Shown here: positions 56,163 to 64,000 of the stretch, one piece after another | Layout: every line of letters starts with the position of its first letter | Numbering within the stretch: the first letter of the stretch is position 1 | Assembly (NCBI GenBank): GCA_964354105.1 | Contig: CAYGXM010000004.1 | Span: 5,193-69,192, forward strand | Reading direction: 5' to 3' | Origin: Candidatus Woesearchaeota archaeon | Lineage (GTDB): Archaea > Nanobdellota > Nanobdellia > UBA10117 | Length of the DNA stretch: 64,000 nt | Translations under genes and position numbers: made by a program | The notes under the pieces: model-generated | What the model was told of the DNA's origin: nothing | The model's database searches: none | The model's input: the letters and a program-made list of their open reading frames with translations, nothing else

Positions 56163-56329
56163 TTTTTAGCTCCTGTATACTATACCGCTTGCGCAGCTGT
56201 ATTTTGCTCATCCGTATGCGAAGCATATGTGCTTGGTTTGTTGTAGAACTACGCGCCTTCCTCAAAATTGAGAAAGACAATGCGTGTTCCTACACAAAGA
56301 CTTTAATATTGGTTTAAATATCTTTTGTT

Positions 56330-57226
56330 ATGAGAGTTATAATTTTGGGAACTGCATCAGCATTCCCAACAAAAGAAAGAGCCCATTCGGCAGCATTGCT
56401 AGATATAGGACCAGAAAGCATTTTGTTTGATTGTGGAGAATCAGTACAGAGGCAGATTCAGATAGCTGGTGCTAAGCCTTTCAAAATTTCAAAAATCTTC
56501 ATAACGCACTGGCATGGAGACCATGTTCTAGGATTAGGCGGACTGCTTCAGAGTTTTGGCATGCTGAAACGCAAAACTCCTGTTGAAATCTACGGCCCTA
56601 AAGGAACTTTTGAAAGATTCCAGCATCTGAGAAAAGCGTTCGAGCTTAGAATGAGCTTTCCTGTCAAGATTATAGAGATTCCACTAAAAACAATCAGAGT
56701 CATAGATGCAGAAAAATATGAAATCTGGGCTGCAAAGGCAAAACATGACATAGATTGTTTGGCTTTGTCATATATAGAAAAGCCGAAACGAAGAATCAAC
56801 ATAAAATATCTGAAGAAATTCAATCTAATTAACAATCCAATAATCGGAAAACTCGCTGAAGGCAAAGATATTACCTGGAAAAATAAAAAAATCAAAGCAA
56901 AAGATGCAACCTACATCCAACCTGGAAAGAAATTAACATACATAATTGATTCTGCATATTCAGACGAGCTTGTAAAGTTTGCAAAAGACTCTGATATTTT
57001 AATCTGCGAGGCAACTTTCACATCAGAATTAAAATCAGAAGCAAAAGAATATGGCCATATGACCGCAGCTGATGCCGCAATGCTGGCAAAGAAAGCTCAC
57101 GTGCAGAAATTGGTAATAACGCACTTCAGCCAGAGATATAAAACCTCTGATGACTTGCTGACAGAAGCAAAAAAGATTTTCAAAAACACGACTGCTGCGA
57201 AGGATTTCTTAGAACTACAACTTTAG
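56330..57226 (+). CDS. rnz: ribonuclease Z (tRNA 3' endonuclease, metallo-beta-lactamase fold)
   Basis: 'ITHWHGDHVLGLGGLL' (HxHxDH), C-terminal 'ITHFSQRY'. 298 aa. Confidence 0.85.
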   Translation: MRVIILGTASAFPTKERAHSAALLDIGPESILFDCGESVQRQIQIAGAKPFKISKIFITHWHGDHVLGLGGLLQSFGMLKRKTPVEIYGPKGTFERFQHLRKAFELRMSFPVKIIEIPLKTIRVIDAEKYEIWAAKAKHDIDCLALSYIEKPKRRINIKYLKKFNLINNPIIGKLAEGKDITWKNKKIKAKDATYIQPGKKLTYIIDSAYSDELVKFAKDSDILICEATFTSELKSEAKEYGHMTAADAAMLAKKAHVQKLVITHFSQRYKTSDDLLTEAKKIFKNTTAAKDFLELQL

Positions 57227-57331
57227 ATGACGAGGGGAAGCTCCTAACATCAGATAAAACTTCTCACTGCAAAGAAGGCTCTACAAACCTTAAGAGATAA
57301 CCCTTGATTAAAATAAAAATAAAGAAAGAGT

Positions 57332-59779
57332 TTATTTCTTCTTTGCTTTTCTTCTGGCAGGCTTTTTCTTTTCCTTGCTTACTTCATCTAAGATGTCTTG
57401 TGCCTCTGGTTTCTTCTCTTCTTTTACTTCTGTATCTTCCTCGAGGAATTCATTGAACTTCTTTGCAAAATCTTTCTTTCTTAACACATAACTCAAGATT
57501 GCTACAATCACTATTACAACTATGATGAAAAGCCAGTTAGGAACATAGTATGTGCTCTCCATTAGGAAATCTTTTGCAAATCCCAGAGAGGGCATTGAAA
57601 CTGATGGTATGGAAAGCTTTGGCAGATTTAATTTTGGTATCTTGCTTTCTTTTCCTGTTTCTTCAATTTCTTCTTCAGTTTCGTTTCCTGATAGTTTTGC
57701 TGCAGCTTCTGGCGATAAGAATTGTGAAATGTTCTCTGGAGCTTCTGTAAGGTTTTCTGTTAAGTTCTGCTCTTCTGTCTGATTTTCTTCTATAGTTATG
57801 TTTTCTTCAGTTGTGGCGTTTTCTTCTGGGAAAACTGTCTCGTTAGTTTTCCATTCTGTCTCGTTGGTTTCATTTAGGATTATCTCTTCTGTTTGGTTTT
57901 CTTCTTCAGCTACTGTGATGTTCTCCTCAGTAGTCTCGTTTCCAGTTTCATTAACTTCTGCTGCTTCTTCTTTTTCAGCTCCGAATTTTGGCAGTGAAAT
58001 TGATGGAATATTCAGTTTTGGAGCTTCCAATTTCGGCATTTGGATTGATTTAATTTTCTCAGGGATTGATTTGAAGAATGCAACAATCCTGTCCTTAGCC
58101 GCGATTAATTTTTCCCGCGGAGTTTCTGCTGTTATTTTTTCTTCAGCTTGCTGTTCTTCAGCAGCCCCAAGTACTATATCAAAAGTTGTTGTTGATGAAA
58201 CAGTGCCGTCAGCTAATCTTGCAGACACAGTTACTTTATAGGAATTTTCAGCAGTTTGTTCTGGAACTGCTACATATGCATAAATTGTCTTTGCAGATTT
58301 CCCGTTTAATTCCAGGGATGCGGGATTCAGCTGTACAAATTGCGCTCCTGTTCCGCTTACATCTAAGTTGTAAGTTGAATTTTCAAGGCCCTTGTTTTCG
58401 ATTACAACTGGAACAACTGCAGGCTCTCCTGCTGCAACATGAACTTTTGTTATCGCTGCTGTTGCCTGAACGCCGTAGCAATCAGTCATAGGCGCTATGT
58501 TTAATTTTAATTCAGAAGTTGCAGATGCCTTGCTTGTGCCCTGCGCTTCTGCCCTTATTACAATAGTCTTAGTTTCTGCAGGAGAATCTTTCGGCTCTAA
58601 TAGAAGATTGAATTCAGTTGAATTTCCAGGTTCCAGCTCTACAAAATCTTTATCCAGGGATGCAAAGTCAGCTCCTGTCACAGTTACTGAATATTTTTCT
58701 GTAAACTCTCCATTATTTACTAAAGAAACTGCATATACTTTGGACGTGTGCGGGCATATGGTATCTTCTACAGATGCCAATTCCAGGGATATGTCATGAC
58801 AGCTTCTTACATTTGCCAGGATTGTCTGCTCCTGTGATTCTCCAGTCTTGGGGTTTGTTATGACATTAATCTTGAAATCGCCGGCCACCCCGTAGCCTGG
58901 GAATAAAACTACATTTGTAAATTTTGCTTGTCCTGCAGGTATTTCCAGATTTTTATTTTCAATTGTTGACCACACAGGGCCTTCAACATTTATTTCATAA
59001 GAATTGTCAACAGAACCTCTGTTCTCTACGGCAAGAGGAATCTTTGCTTCTGAATTTTCGCAGAAGCTGACATAATTGGTATCCGCAGCTGCAGAAAAGT
59101 CATAGCAGCCTTTTGATGTTAATTTAAGATCCGCAGATGCCAATGCTCTTGAGTTCTGCGATGCAGCTGTAATTGTCAGTGCGAAGTTTCCGGTTTGGTC
59201 AGCAGGCGGCGTGCTGTATGCTATAATATTTTTGACCTGGCCAGCTTCCAATCTTACAAGCTCTTCTGACAATGTTGTCCATTTTGCTGGCACGCCAGAT
59301 ACTGATAGCGCGAAATTTTCTGTATACTTTCCTGTATTTTGTAACGTCAGGGGATAAAGTGCTTCAGTTGCAGAGCAGACTTCTGCTGTAGAAGCATTCG
59401 TTATTAAAGAAGCAGAATGGCAGTCTTTCACAGTTACCTTTGCAGTTGTTGTTTCCGTGCCTGCCAAAGAGCTCAAAGTGATTTTTAAAGAATAAATTCC
59501 TGGATTTGCAGAAATGCTCGGGGTTACATAGACATAAACTGTTTCAGATTCGCCTTTTTTTAGATTAAAGCCTGCAGGGGCAGCAATTGCCCACTTTCCT
59601 GCAGAATCAGACATGCTTACGGTATAAGAATTTTCATAGTTTTCATTGTTTGCTACAGAAAAGATGAAAACTGACGTGTCTGTAGCGCAAGTTTCAGTGC
59701 CATTTTCGTTCAACGTCAGTGCGTTTACACCTGCAAATGCAAACAGAAAAACTAGCAAGATTATTATCTTTTTTACCAT
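57332..59779 (-). CDS. S-layer-like / surface protein with about 5 beta-sandwich repeats, sequon-rich acidic stalk and TM anchor
   Basis: Signal peptide 'MVKKIIILLVFLFAFAGVNA' (ATG 59779; the track start 59785 is GTG). Approximately 100-aa repeats with '..L.L.N.G...E.Y.V.V.G' strands, each opening with Cys. Sequon-rich region at aa 611-702. TM 'WLFIIVVIVIVAILSYVL'. Lys/Glu-rich tail. Confidence 0.7.
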   Translation of the reverse strand: MVKKIIILLVFLFAFAGVNALTLNENGTETCATDTSVFIFSVANNENYENSYTVSMSDSAGKWAIAAPAGFNLKKGESETVYVYVTPSISANPGIYSLKITLSSLAGTETTTAKVTVKDCHSASLITNASTAEVCSATEALYPLTLQNTGKYTENFALSVSGVPAKWTTLSEELVRLEAGQVKNIIAYSTPPADQTGNFALTITAASQNSRALASADLKLTSKGCYDFSAAADTNYVSFCENSEAKIPLAVENRGSVDNSYEINVEGPVWSTIENKNLEIPAGQAKFTNVVLFPGYGVAGDFKINVITNPKTGESQEQTILANVRSCHDISLELASVEDTICPHTSKVYAVSLVNNGEFTEKYSVTVTGADFASLDKDFVELEPGNSTEFNLLLEPKDSPAETKTIVIRAEAQGTSKASATSELKLNIAPMTDCYGVQATAAITKVHVAAGEPAVVPVVIENKGLENSTYNLDVSGTGAQFVQLNPASLELNGKSAKTIYAYVAVPEQTAENSYKVTVSARLADGTVSSTTTFDIVLGAAEEQQAEEKITAETPREKLIAAKDRIVAFFKSIPEKIKSIQMPKLEAPKLNIPSISLPKFGAEKEEAAEVNETGNETTEENITVAEEENQTEEIILNETNETEWKTNETVFPEENATTEENITIEENQTEEQNLTENLTEAPENISQFLSPEAAAKLSGNETEEEIEETGKESKIPKLNLPKLSIPSVSMPSLGFAKDFLMESTYYVPNWLFIIVVIVIVAILSYVLRKKDFAKKFNEFLEEDTEVKEEKKPEAQDILDEVSKEKKKPARRKAKKK

Positions 59780-59887
59780 GTGCACCTCTATTTACTACTT
59801 CTCACGGACATCAGCATATAAGCATTTCTTTACTGGAATGTATATATTAAAAGAAACAGGATTTTCCCAACTTTTTGAATCTCCAAA

Positions 59888-62176
59888 TTATTTCTTTTTT
59901 ATCCTTCTATGCAAATGTTTGCTTTCCTGCCAGATTACATAAATAATTGAAGCAATTAGCATAATAACTACCAAAGTAACCAAAGATCCACCTTGCCTGT
60001 TGAACATAGCTGTCGGGCTTGTATATCTGATTGCTTCTGCGCAGTCAGCAGAACAGCTTATAGCAGTCTCGCCATTTGCACAGGTTCCATCACCGCAGTA
60101 AGTATAAATTGCAGGTGTTGGAGCAGCTGGCAAAGATTCCTGCAATGGTGTCAGCTTTATTCTGGCGCCATCAGGCAACAATATCTGCAGCAATTCAACT
60201 CTCAAATCATTCAAATCATTTCCATTTGTATCAATGTCTTTTGACTCGCCCTCTCTTAAGGTTAAAGTAATTGGCGATGAATAAATCTCAATAGTCGCGT
60301 AGCCGGATGTTACTGTTTTTAATTTTGCTGAGTGGCATTCGCCTTGAGATACAAAATTAATTGTGCCACCAACAAATAGGTTAAATGTTCCTCCTCCAAA
60401 TGCTTCTGTAATCGTTGTGGCTGCTGAAGGAGCCCCTCTTAGTGTCGGCGGGCCTGGCACTTGTATAGCAAAAAACCATGTGCCATTTCTGCCCATATTT
60501 CCAAGAGTATCATTTGCATAAACTGTGAAGTTATGCAATGTTCTGTCAAGCAATGTCTTTGTTGCTTTGCATAACACAGACTTTCCAGAACCATCTTTAG
60601 TCATTGTTTCATTTACGCCGTCAAACTCCAAGATGCAGACATTTACATTAGACGTACTGTCTGTTACATTAGCGTGCAGCTCCAATGTCTTTGATGTCTG
60701 TACGGAATTATTCTCCGGAGAAGGCGGGATTAGAATTCTTATTGTTGGGGGTCTTGCATCATAAACTGTAAAGTCTACTCCAGATGCATTATTTAATGAG
60801 CCATCTGAACAGTTTACATTCCAAATGTAATCGCCAACTAAATCTGAACGGTATATGCTTGAAAGGGGAATGAACCAAGGCGTATTATTTTGCAAGGATA
60901 AATTAAAGCCCGTTGAGGCGCGACCATTAAGATAAAATGCAAAATGGCAATCAAGCGGCGAAGTTTGGTCATCTGTTACTGTAACGTTGAGTATGATGTT
61001 TTGTGCATTGCCTAATTGCGAGCCGTTTGCAGGCGAGGTTATGTTTATCTGAGGAGGCAGATTACTAATGCAGTCACCCGTATCAAATGCGTCGCAAACT
61101 AGGTTGCAAGCAAGTGTTCCGCCAGTATAACCTTGCGTTATGCAAGTCTCTCCTGCTAAATCAGTCCCATCGCAGACTTCACTTGGCTGGTTAACAATAT
61201 TATCACCACAGAGCGGGCTAAGTGGTTCTGCTGAGAATGGCAAATATACGTTAAAAGTATTAATAGGTCTGTGAGTTTCGCGCACTGAAATAAAGGAATC
61301 TGCATCTGTTGTCGTATTAGGATTAAAATTAGTAAAGATGCCTCCAATTAAATTGCCAAATGACGTTCCTACTGGTGCGCCAGATCTTTTGGCAATATTT
61401 GCCCATATAAGATCACCCGACCGTGCAAACGTATCGTTAATAAAATACTTATCAACGCAATTTCCCAATAGGTCTTTTGAAAACATTAGTTCATCTTGAT
61501 TAGTTAAACGTAAAGTTAGGTCGTTCTTGACACCGTTCTGGCTTGCATTTATTATGTCTGTTGCAGGCCAGATCGCATCTGTTGCTATTGATGAGCTAAA
61601 ATAAGTAATTGGGACATTTCCATAGGAAGAAGCTACAGAAAAAATACTTGCAACATAAACTTGCTGGGGCGCTCCAGGAGTGTAATCTGTCCCTAATTTA
61701 AGCTGACCATTGTTGGAAATATTGCCTGAAAAGTTTGCTTGGTATATTAGAGGCATGTACGAACCCTTTGCGCCATCTGCTGCCTTAAACCAAGCAGTGC
61801 CGAGAAGATAATTCCAATTCATAAGATATCCGCCCATATTAACTGCTGCGCAAATTAAGTATCCTTGTTTGTCTGGTGCAAGGTCGCTCGTGTTTAAAGG
61901 TATTGGAGCAAACCCTGGCAATACCACATCTGTATAATTTTGGGCACATTGTGAATCATTTTCATATATAAGAGTGCATCTCACAATAACATTAGAATTG
62001 TAAGTATTAAGCAGTACAATTTTTGTGTTCTCTGCTGACAAATTGCTTGAGTTGCTTGCAAATACAGGAAAGACCAAAGCGCTGCCTGGCCGCGTGTATG
62101 GCAGGGCGCTTGCGATAGGAATAGCTACGAGAAACAATACAAAGAATGCCAGTAAAAATTTACAAGGGTACGCCAT
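59888..62176 (-). CDS. surface protein with N-terminal 'Y' domain, Ig-like domains and C-terminal TM anchor
   Basis: The start is taken at 'MAYPCKFLLAFFVLFLVAIPIASA' (ATG 62176; the track ORF extends to 62290). Y domain 61235-62104, paralogous to the 1808-aa N-terminus. C-terminal 'CGDGTCANGE...SCSADC' plus TM 'LVTLVVIMLIASIIYVIW'. Confidence 0.75.
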   Translation of the reverse strand: MAYPCKFLLAFFVLFLVAIPIASALPYTRPGSALVFPVFASNSSNLSAENTKIVLLNTYNSNVIVRCTLIYENDSQCAQNYTDVVLPGFAPIPLNTSDLAPDKQGYLICAAVNMGGYLMNWNYLLGTAWFKAADGAKGSYMPLIYQANFSGNISNNGQLKLGTDYTPGAPQQVYVASIFSVASSYGNVPITYFSSSIATDAIWPATDIINASQNGVKNDLTLRLTNQDELMFSKDLLGNCVDKYFINDTFARSGDLIWANIAKRSGAPVGTSFGNLIGGIFTNFNPNTTTDADSFISVRETHRPINTFNVYLPFSAEPLSPLCGDNIVNQPSEVCDGTDLAGETCITQGYTGGTLACNLVCDAFDTGDCISNLPPQINITSPANGSQLGNAQNIILNVTVTDDQTSPLDCHFAFYLNGRASTGFNLSLQNNTPWFIPLSSIYRSDLVGDYIWNVNCSDGSLNNASGVDFTVYDARPPTIRILIPPSPENNSVQTSKTLELHANVTDSTSNVNVCILEFDGVNETMTKDGSGKSVLCKATKTLLDRTLHNFTVYANDTLGNMGRNGTWFFAIQVPGPPTLRGAPSAATTITEAFGGGTFNLFVGGTINFVSQGECHSAKLKTVTSGYATIEIYSSPITLTLREGESKDIDTNGNDLNDLRVELLQILLPDGARIKLTPLQESLPAAPTPAIYTYCGDGTCANGETAISCSADCAEAIRYTSPTAMFNRQGGSLVTLVVIMLIASIIYVIWQESKHLHRRIKKK

Positions 62177-63230
62177 AGGTAATATTAAAAGATGCGCAGC
62201 TTGTCTGGCATTTAGCAGCTGCCAATTGAACTCCGCTGTAGGCATTTGCATCAGTGCCCTCATTTGAATCATAGCGCATATATAATCCAATAATCGGACA
62301 GTTTGGACAATCGCCGCCGACAGGACTTATGAGAGCGTCGCCAAATTCTGTGCCAGTTATGTTGCGTGAAAATATCGACTCTGCGGGGTTATCTGTGTCT
62401 ATTCTGTTAAGAGAAGATTCAAAATAACAAGAACTCATTGGTTCAGATGTGGAGAAATTTTGTGCATAGCTGTTATAGACTAATATTTGATTTGTAAATC
62501 CTGTAAATGTTCCTGCCCAAACATCAGATGGCGGAGATACAAATATTATTCTATTTGAATCATCATCTGCAGTTAGGAATTGGGGCATCATATAGTTTGG
62601 CCATTGCTCAAGATTCACGCCATCAAATGTTAAAGTTCCTGCTGGACCGGTATTTCCATTTAGCGATCGAAAGCCAGCCATGTTGTAACCGCCATAATGG
62701 CCTGTTGATGCCTTGAATTCCACACTTCCAAGCAGAGTGTTATGGCCAATTGCATTTTCATCTCCGTCAATTGTAAAGGCCAACATCCATCCCCTGCCAC
62801 TGCTAAGGCCGGGGTTTGCAGGTGTAAAAGAAAATATTTGATCGCGGCTGAGCACTATAGCGCAATCCATCATTTTTACGCAAGAATCGTTTGTAAAGAA
62901 AAACAATTTTACGGTTTCACTACTGCGGCCAGTATTTGTTATGGTAAAGCGGGTATTTTCAGTTTCAGGAACAGTATCATCATATACCCAAAATGGCGCG
63001 ATAAGAACTGCTGCTGGAAGATTTGTTGCATCCGATGGAACTTCTGAGATTTGAAAATTTTGTGGCTGGGCTTGAAATGCTAGTTGTTCAATCGGCATTT
63101 GCTCTTCAACTGGCTGAATGTTAAAGCTTGAAAATCCTGACAAAGATGTCAGGGCTGCCAAAACAAGGACTGATACAGCTACAACTAACGCTATTGATAA
63201 TGCACTTGCCTGGCCAGACTGCCCCTTCAT
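62160..63230 (-). CDS. 356-aa membrane-anchored or secreted protein consisting essentially of the 'X' domain
   Basis: N-terminal TM 'ALSIALVVAVSVLVLAALTSL'. Residues approximately 66-356 are paralogous to the last 284 aa of the 3814-aa protein. 17-nt overlap with the downstream Y-gene ATG. Confidence 0.7.
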   Translation of the reverse strand: MKGQSGQASALSIALVVAVSVLVLAALTSLSGFSSFNIQPVEEQMPIEQLAFQAQPQNFQISEVPSDATNLPAAVLIAPFWVYDDTVPETENTRFTITNTGRSSETVKLFFFTNDSCVKMMDCAIVLSRDQIFSFTPANPGLSSGRGWMLAFTIDGDENAIGHNTLLGSVEFKASTGHYGGYNMAGFRSLNGNTGPAGTLTFDGVNLEQWPNYMMPQFLTADDDSNRIIFVSPPSDVWAGTFTGFTNQILVYNSYAQNFSTSEPMSSCYFESSLNRIDTDNPAESIFSRNITGTEFGDALISPVGGDCPNCPIIGLYMRYDSNEGTDANAYSGVQLAAAKCQTSCASFNITYGVPL

Positions 63231-63286
63231 GAGTGAGATTAAACTGTTTTGGCTTAAAAATGTTTGTAGAAGAGAATCTCTCAGAA

Positions 63287-64000
63287 TTACTTCCGAAGTT
63301 CTTTCTTTAATCTTGCCAGTCTCCTGGAAAGCTCCTTTGACTCCCTTTCCAGAGATTTATGGCCTTTTTCTTTTTTGACCCTGAAATCCCTTGCGCCTTT
63401 TTTGACTTTGAACTCCTTTATTGGAGGTGGCAGTTTTATCGGTTTTACTGCTTTTACTTTCCTCTTTTCTGGCCTTGGAATTTCTTTAATTGCAGATACA
63501 GCCATTGCGGGTTTTCTCTTGGCCAGCGGTGCCCTCAGCTGATAACGCAGGTACACTTTATGCCATGCCACATAAGCTATTGCAGCTAAAAGCATAATTA
63601 TCAAGAATGTTATGATTGAACCGCTTTGTTTTGTGAACAATGCCAGTGGAGCTGCATAGGCAATTGTTTCTTTGCAGTCATCAGGGCAGTTCTCGGCATT
63701 TTCAGAATTCTCGCAGACGCCGTCTCCGCATACAGATATTTTTATAGGCGCAGGAGCCGCTGGGAGCCTTTCTGGCAAGACAGTAAACTTGATTACTGCG
63801 CCATTAGGCGGGATTATTTCCATTAATTCAACGCGCAAATCATTTATGTCGTTTCCAGTTACGTCAACTTCTTTTACTTCACCTTTCCCCAAAGTCAATG
63901 TGAGAGGAGACATTATATCAATCGTGACAAAACCAGATGTCACTGTTGTAAGCTTGATTTTATGGACCTCCCCTATTATTACAAGTTCTATAGTGTCTCC
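63287..64000 (-). CDS. C-terminal part of a further surface protein (paralog of the 59888-62176 product), 5'-truncated at window edge
   Basis: The frame is open to nt 64000 (GDTIELVIIGEVHKIKLTTV...). The track 'start' at 63943 is an internal GTG. The module 'GNDINDLRVELMEIIPPNGAVIKF...CGDGVCENSE...CPDDC' plus TM and Lys-rich tail matches the C-terminus of the 800-aa protein. Confidence 0.65.
   Translation of the reverse strand, partial: GDTIELVIIGEVHKIKLTTVTSGFVTIDIMSPLTLTLGKGEVKEVDVTGNDINDLRVELMEIIPPNGAVIKFTVLPERLPAAPAPIKISVCGDGVCENSENAENCPDDCKETIAYAAPLALFTKQSGSIITFLIIMLLAAIAYVAWHKVYLRYQLRAPLAKRKPAMAVSAIKEIPRPEKRKVKAVKPIKLPPPIKEFKVKKGARDFRVKKEKGHKSLERESKELSRRLARLKKELRK

Overview
This 64-kb window looks like a low-GC archaeal chromosome segment. 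That reading rests on EF-2/EF-1alpha/uS10, archaeal-type GlyRS, the tRNA-splicing endonuclease EndA, TATA-like boxes about 27 nt upstream of several ATGs, and intron-bearing tRNAs. The small, tightly packed genes and giant surface proteins suggest a DPANN-like lineage, but that is inference only.

Housekeeping content:
- Translation: AsnRS (5'-truncated), GlyRS, EF-2, EF-1alpha, uS10.
- Lipid synthesis: GGPP synthase.
- DNA repair: an endonuclease IV-like protein, Ogg, an Nth-like glycosylase and dCMP deaminase.
- Nucleotide supply: two paralogous B12-dependent class II ribonucleotide reductases plus a CobO-type corrinoid adenosyltransferase.
- Transporters: ZIP and VIT.
- Regulators: Lrp/AsnC.
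- tRNA processing: EndA and RNase Z.
- Six tRNA genes, four of them interrupted. The tRNA-Glu carries three insertions and one tRNA-Leu has a D-loop insertion.

About 40% of the window (33.8-51.4 kb and 57.3-64 kb) encodes secreted or anchored surface proteins. These include a 3814-aa protein with nine parallel-beta-helix modules and a 1808-aa Cys-rich protein.

The most interesting signal is a recurring, tightly coupled two-gene arrangement. An unrecognised domain 'X' sits at the C-terminus of the 3814-aa protein and is also present in a 356-aa protein. In both places it lies immediately upstream of a gene whose product starts with a related unrecognised domain 'Y'.

Other leads:
- A family-B DNA polymerase homolog with intact exonuclease motifs but substituted polymerase catalytic residues, next to a candidate Cas4-like Fe-S nuclease.
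- A Fic / small ORF / degenerate STAND-TPR gene string.
- A free-standing LAGLIDADG ORF that runs into tRNA-Arg.

All functional calls come from motif recognition by eye. No database search was run.
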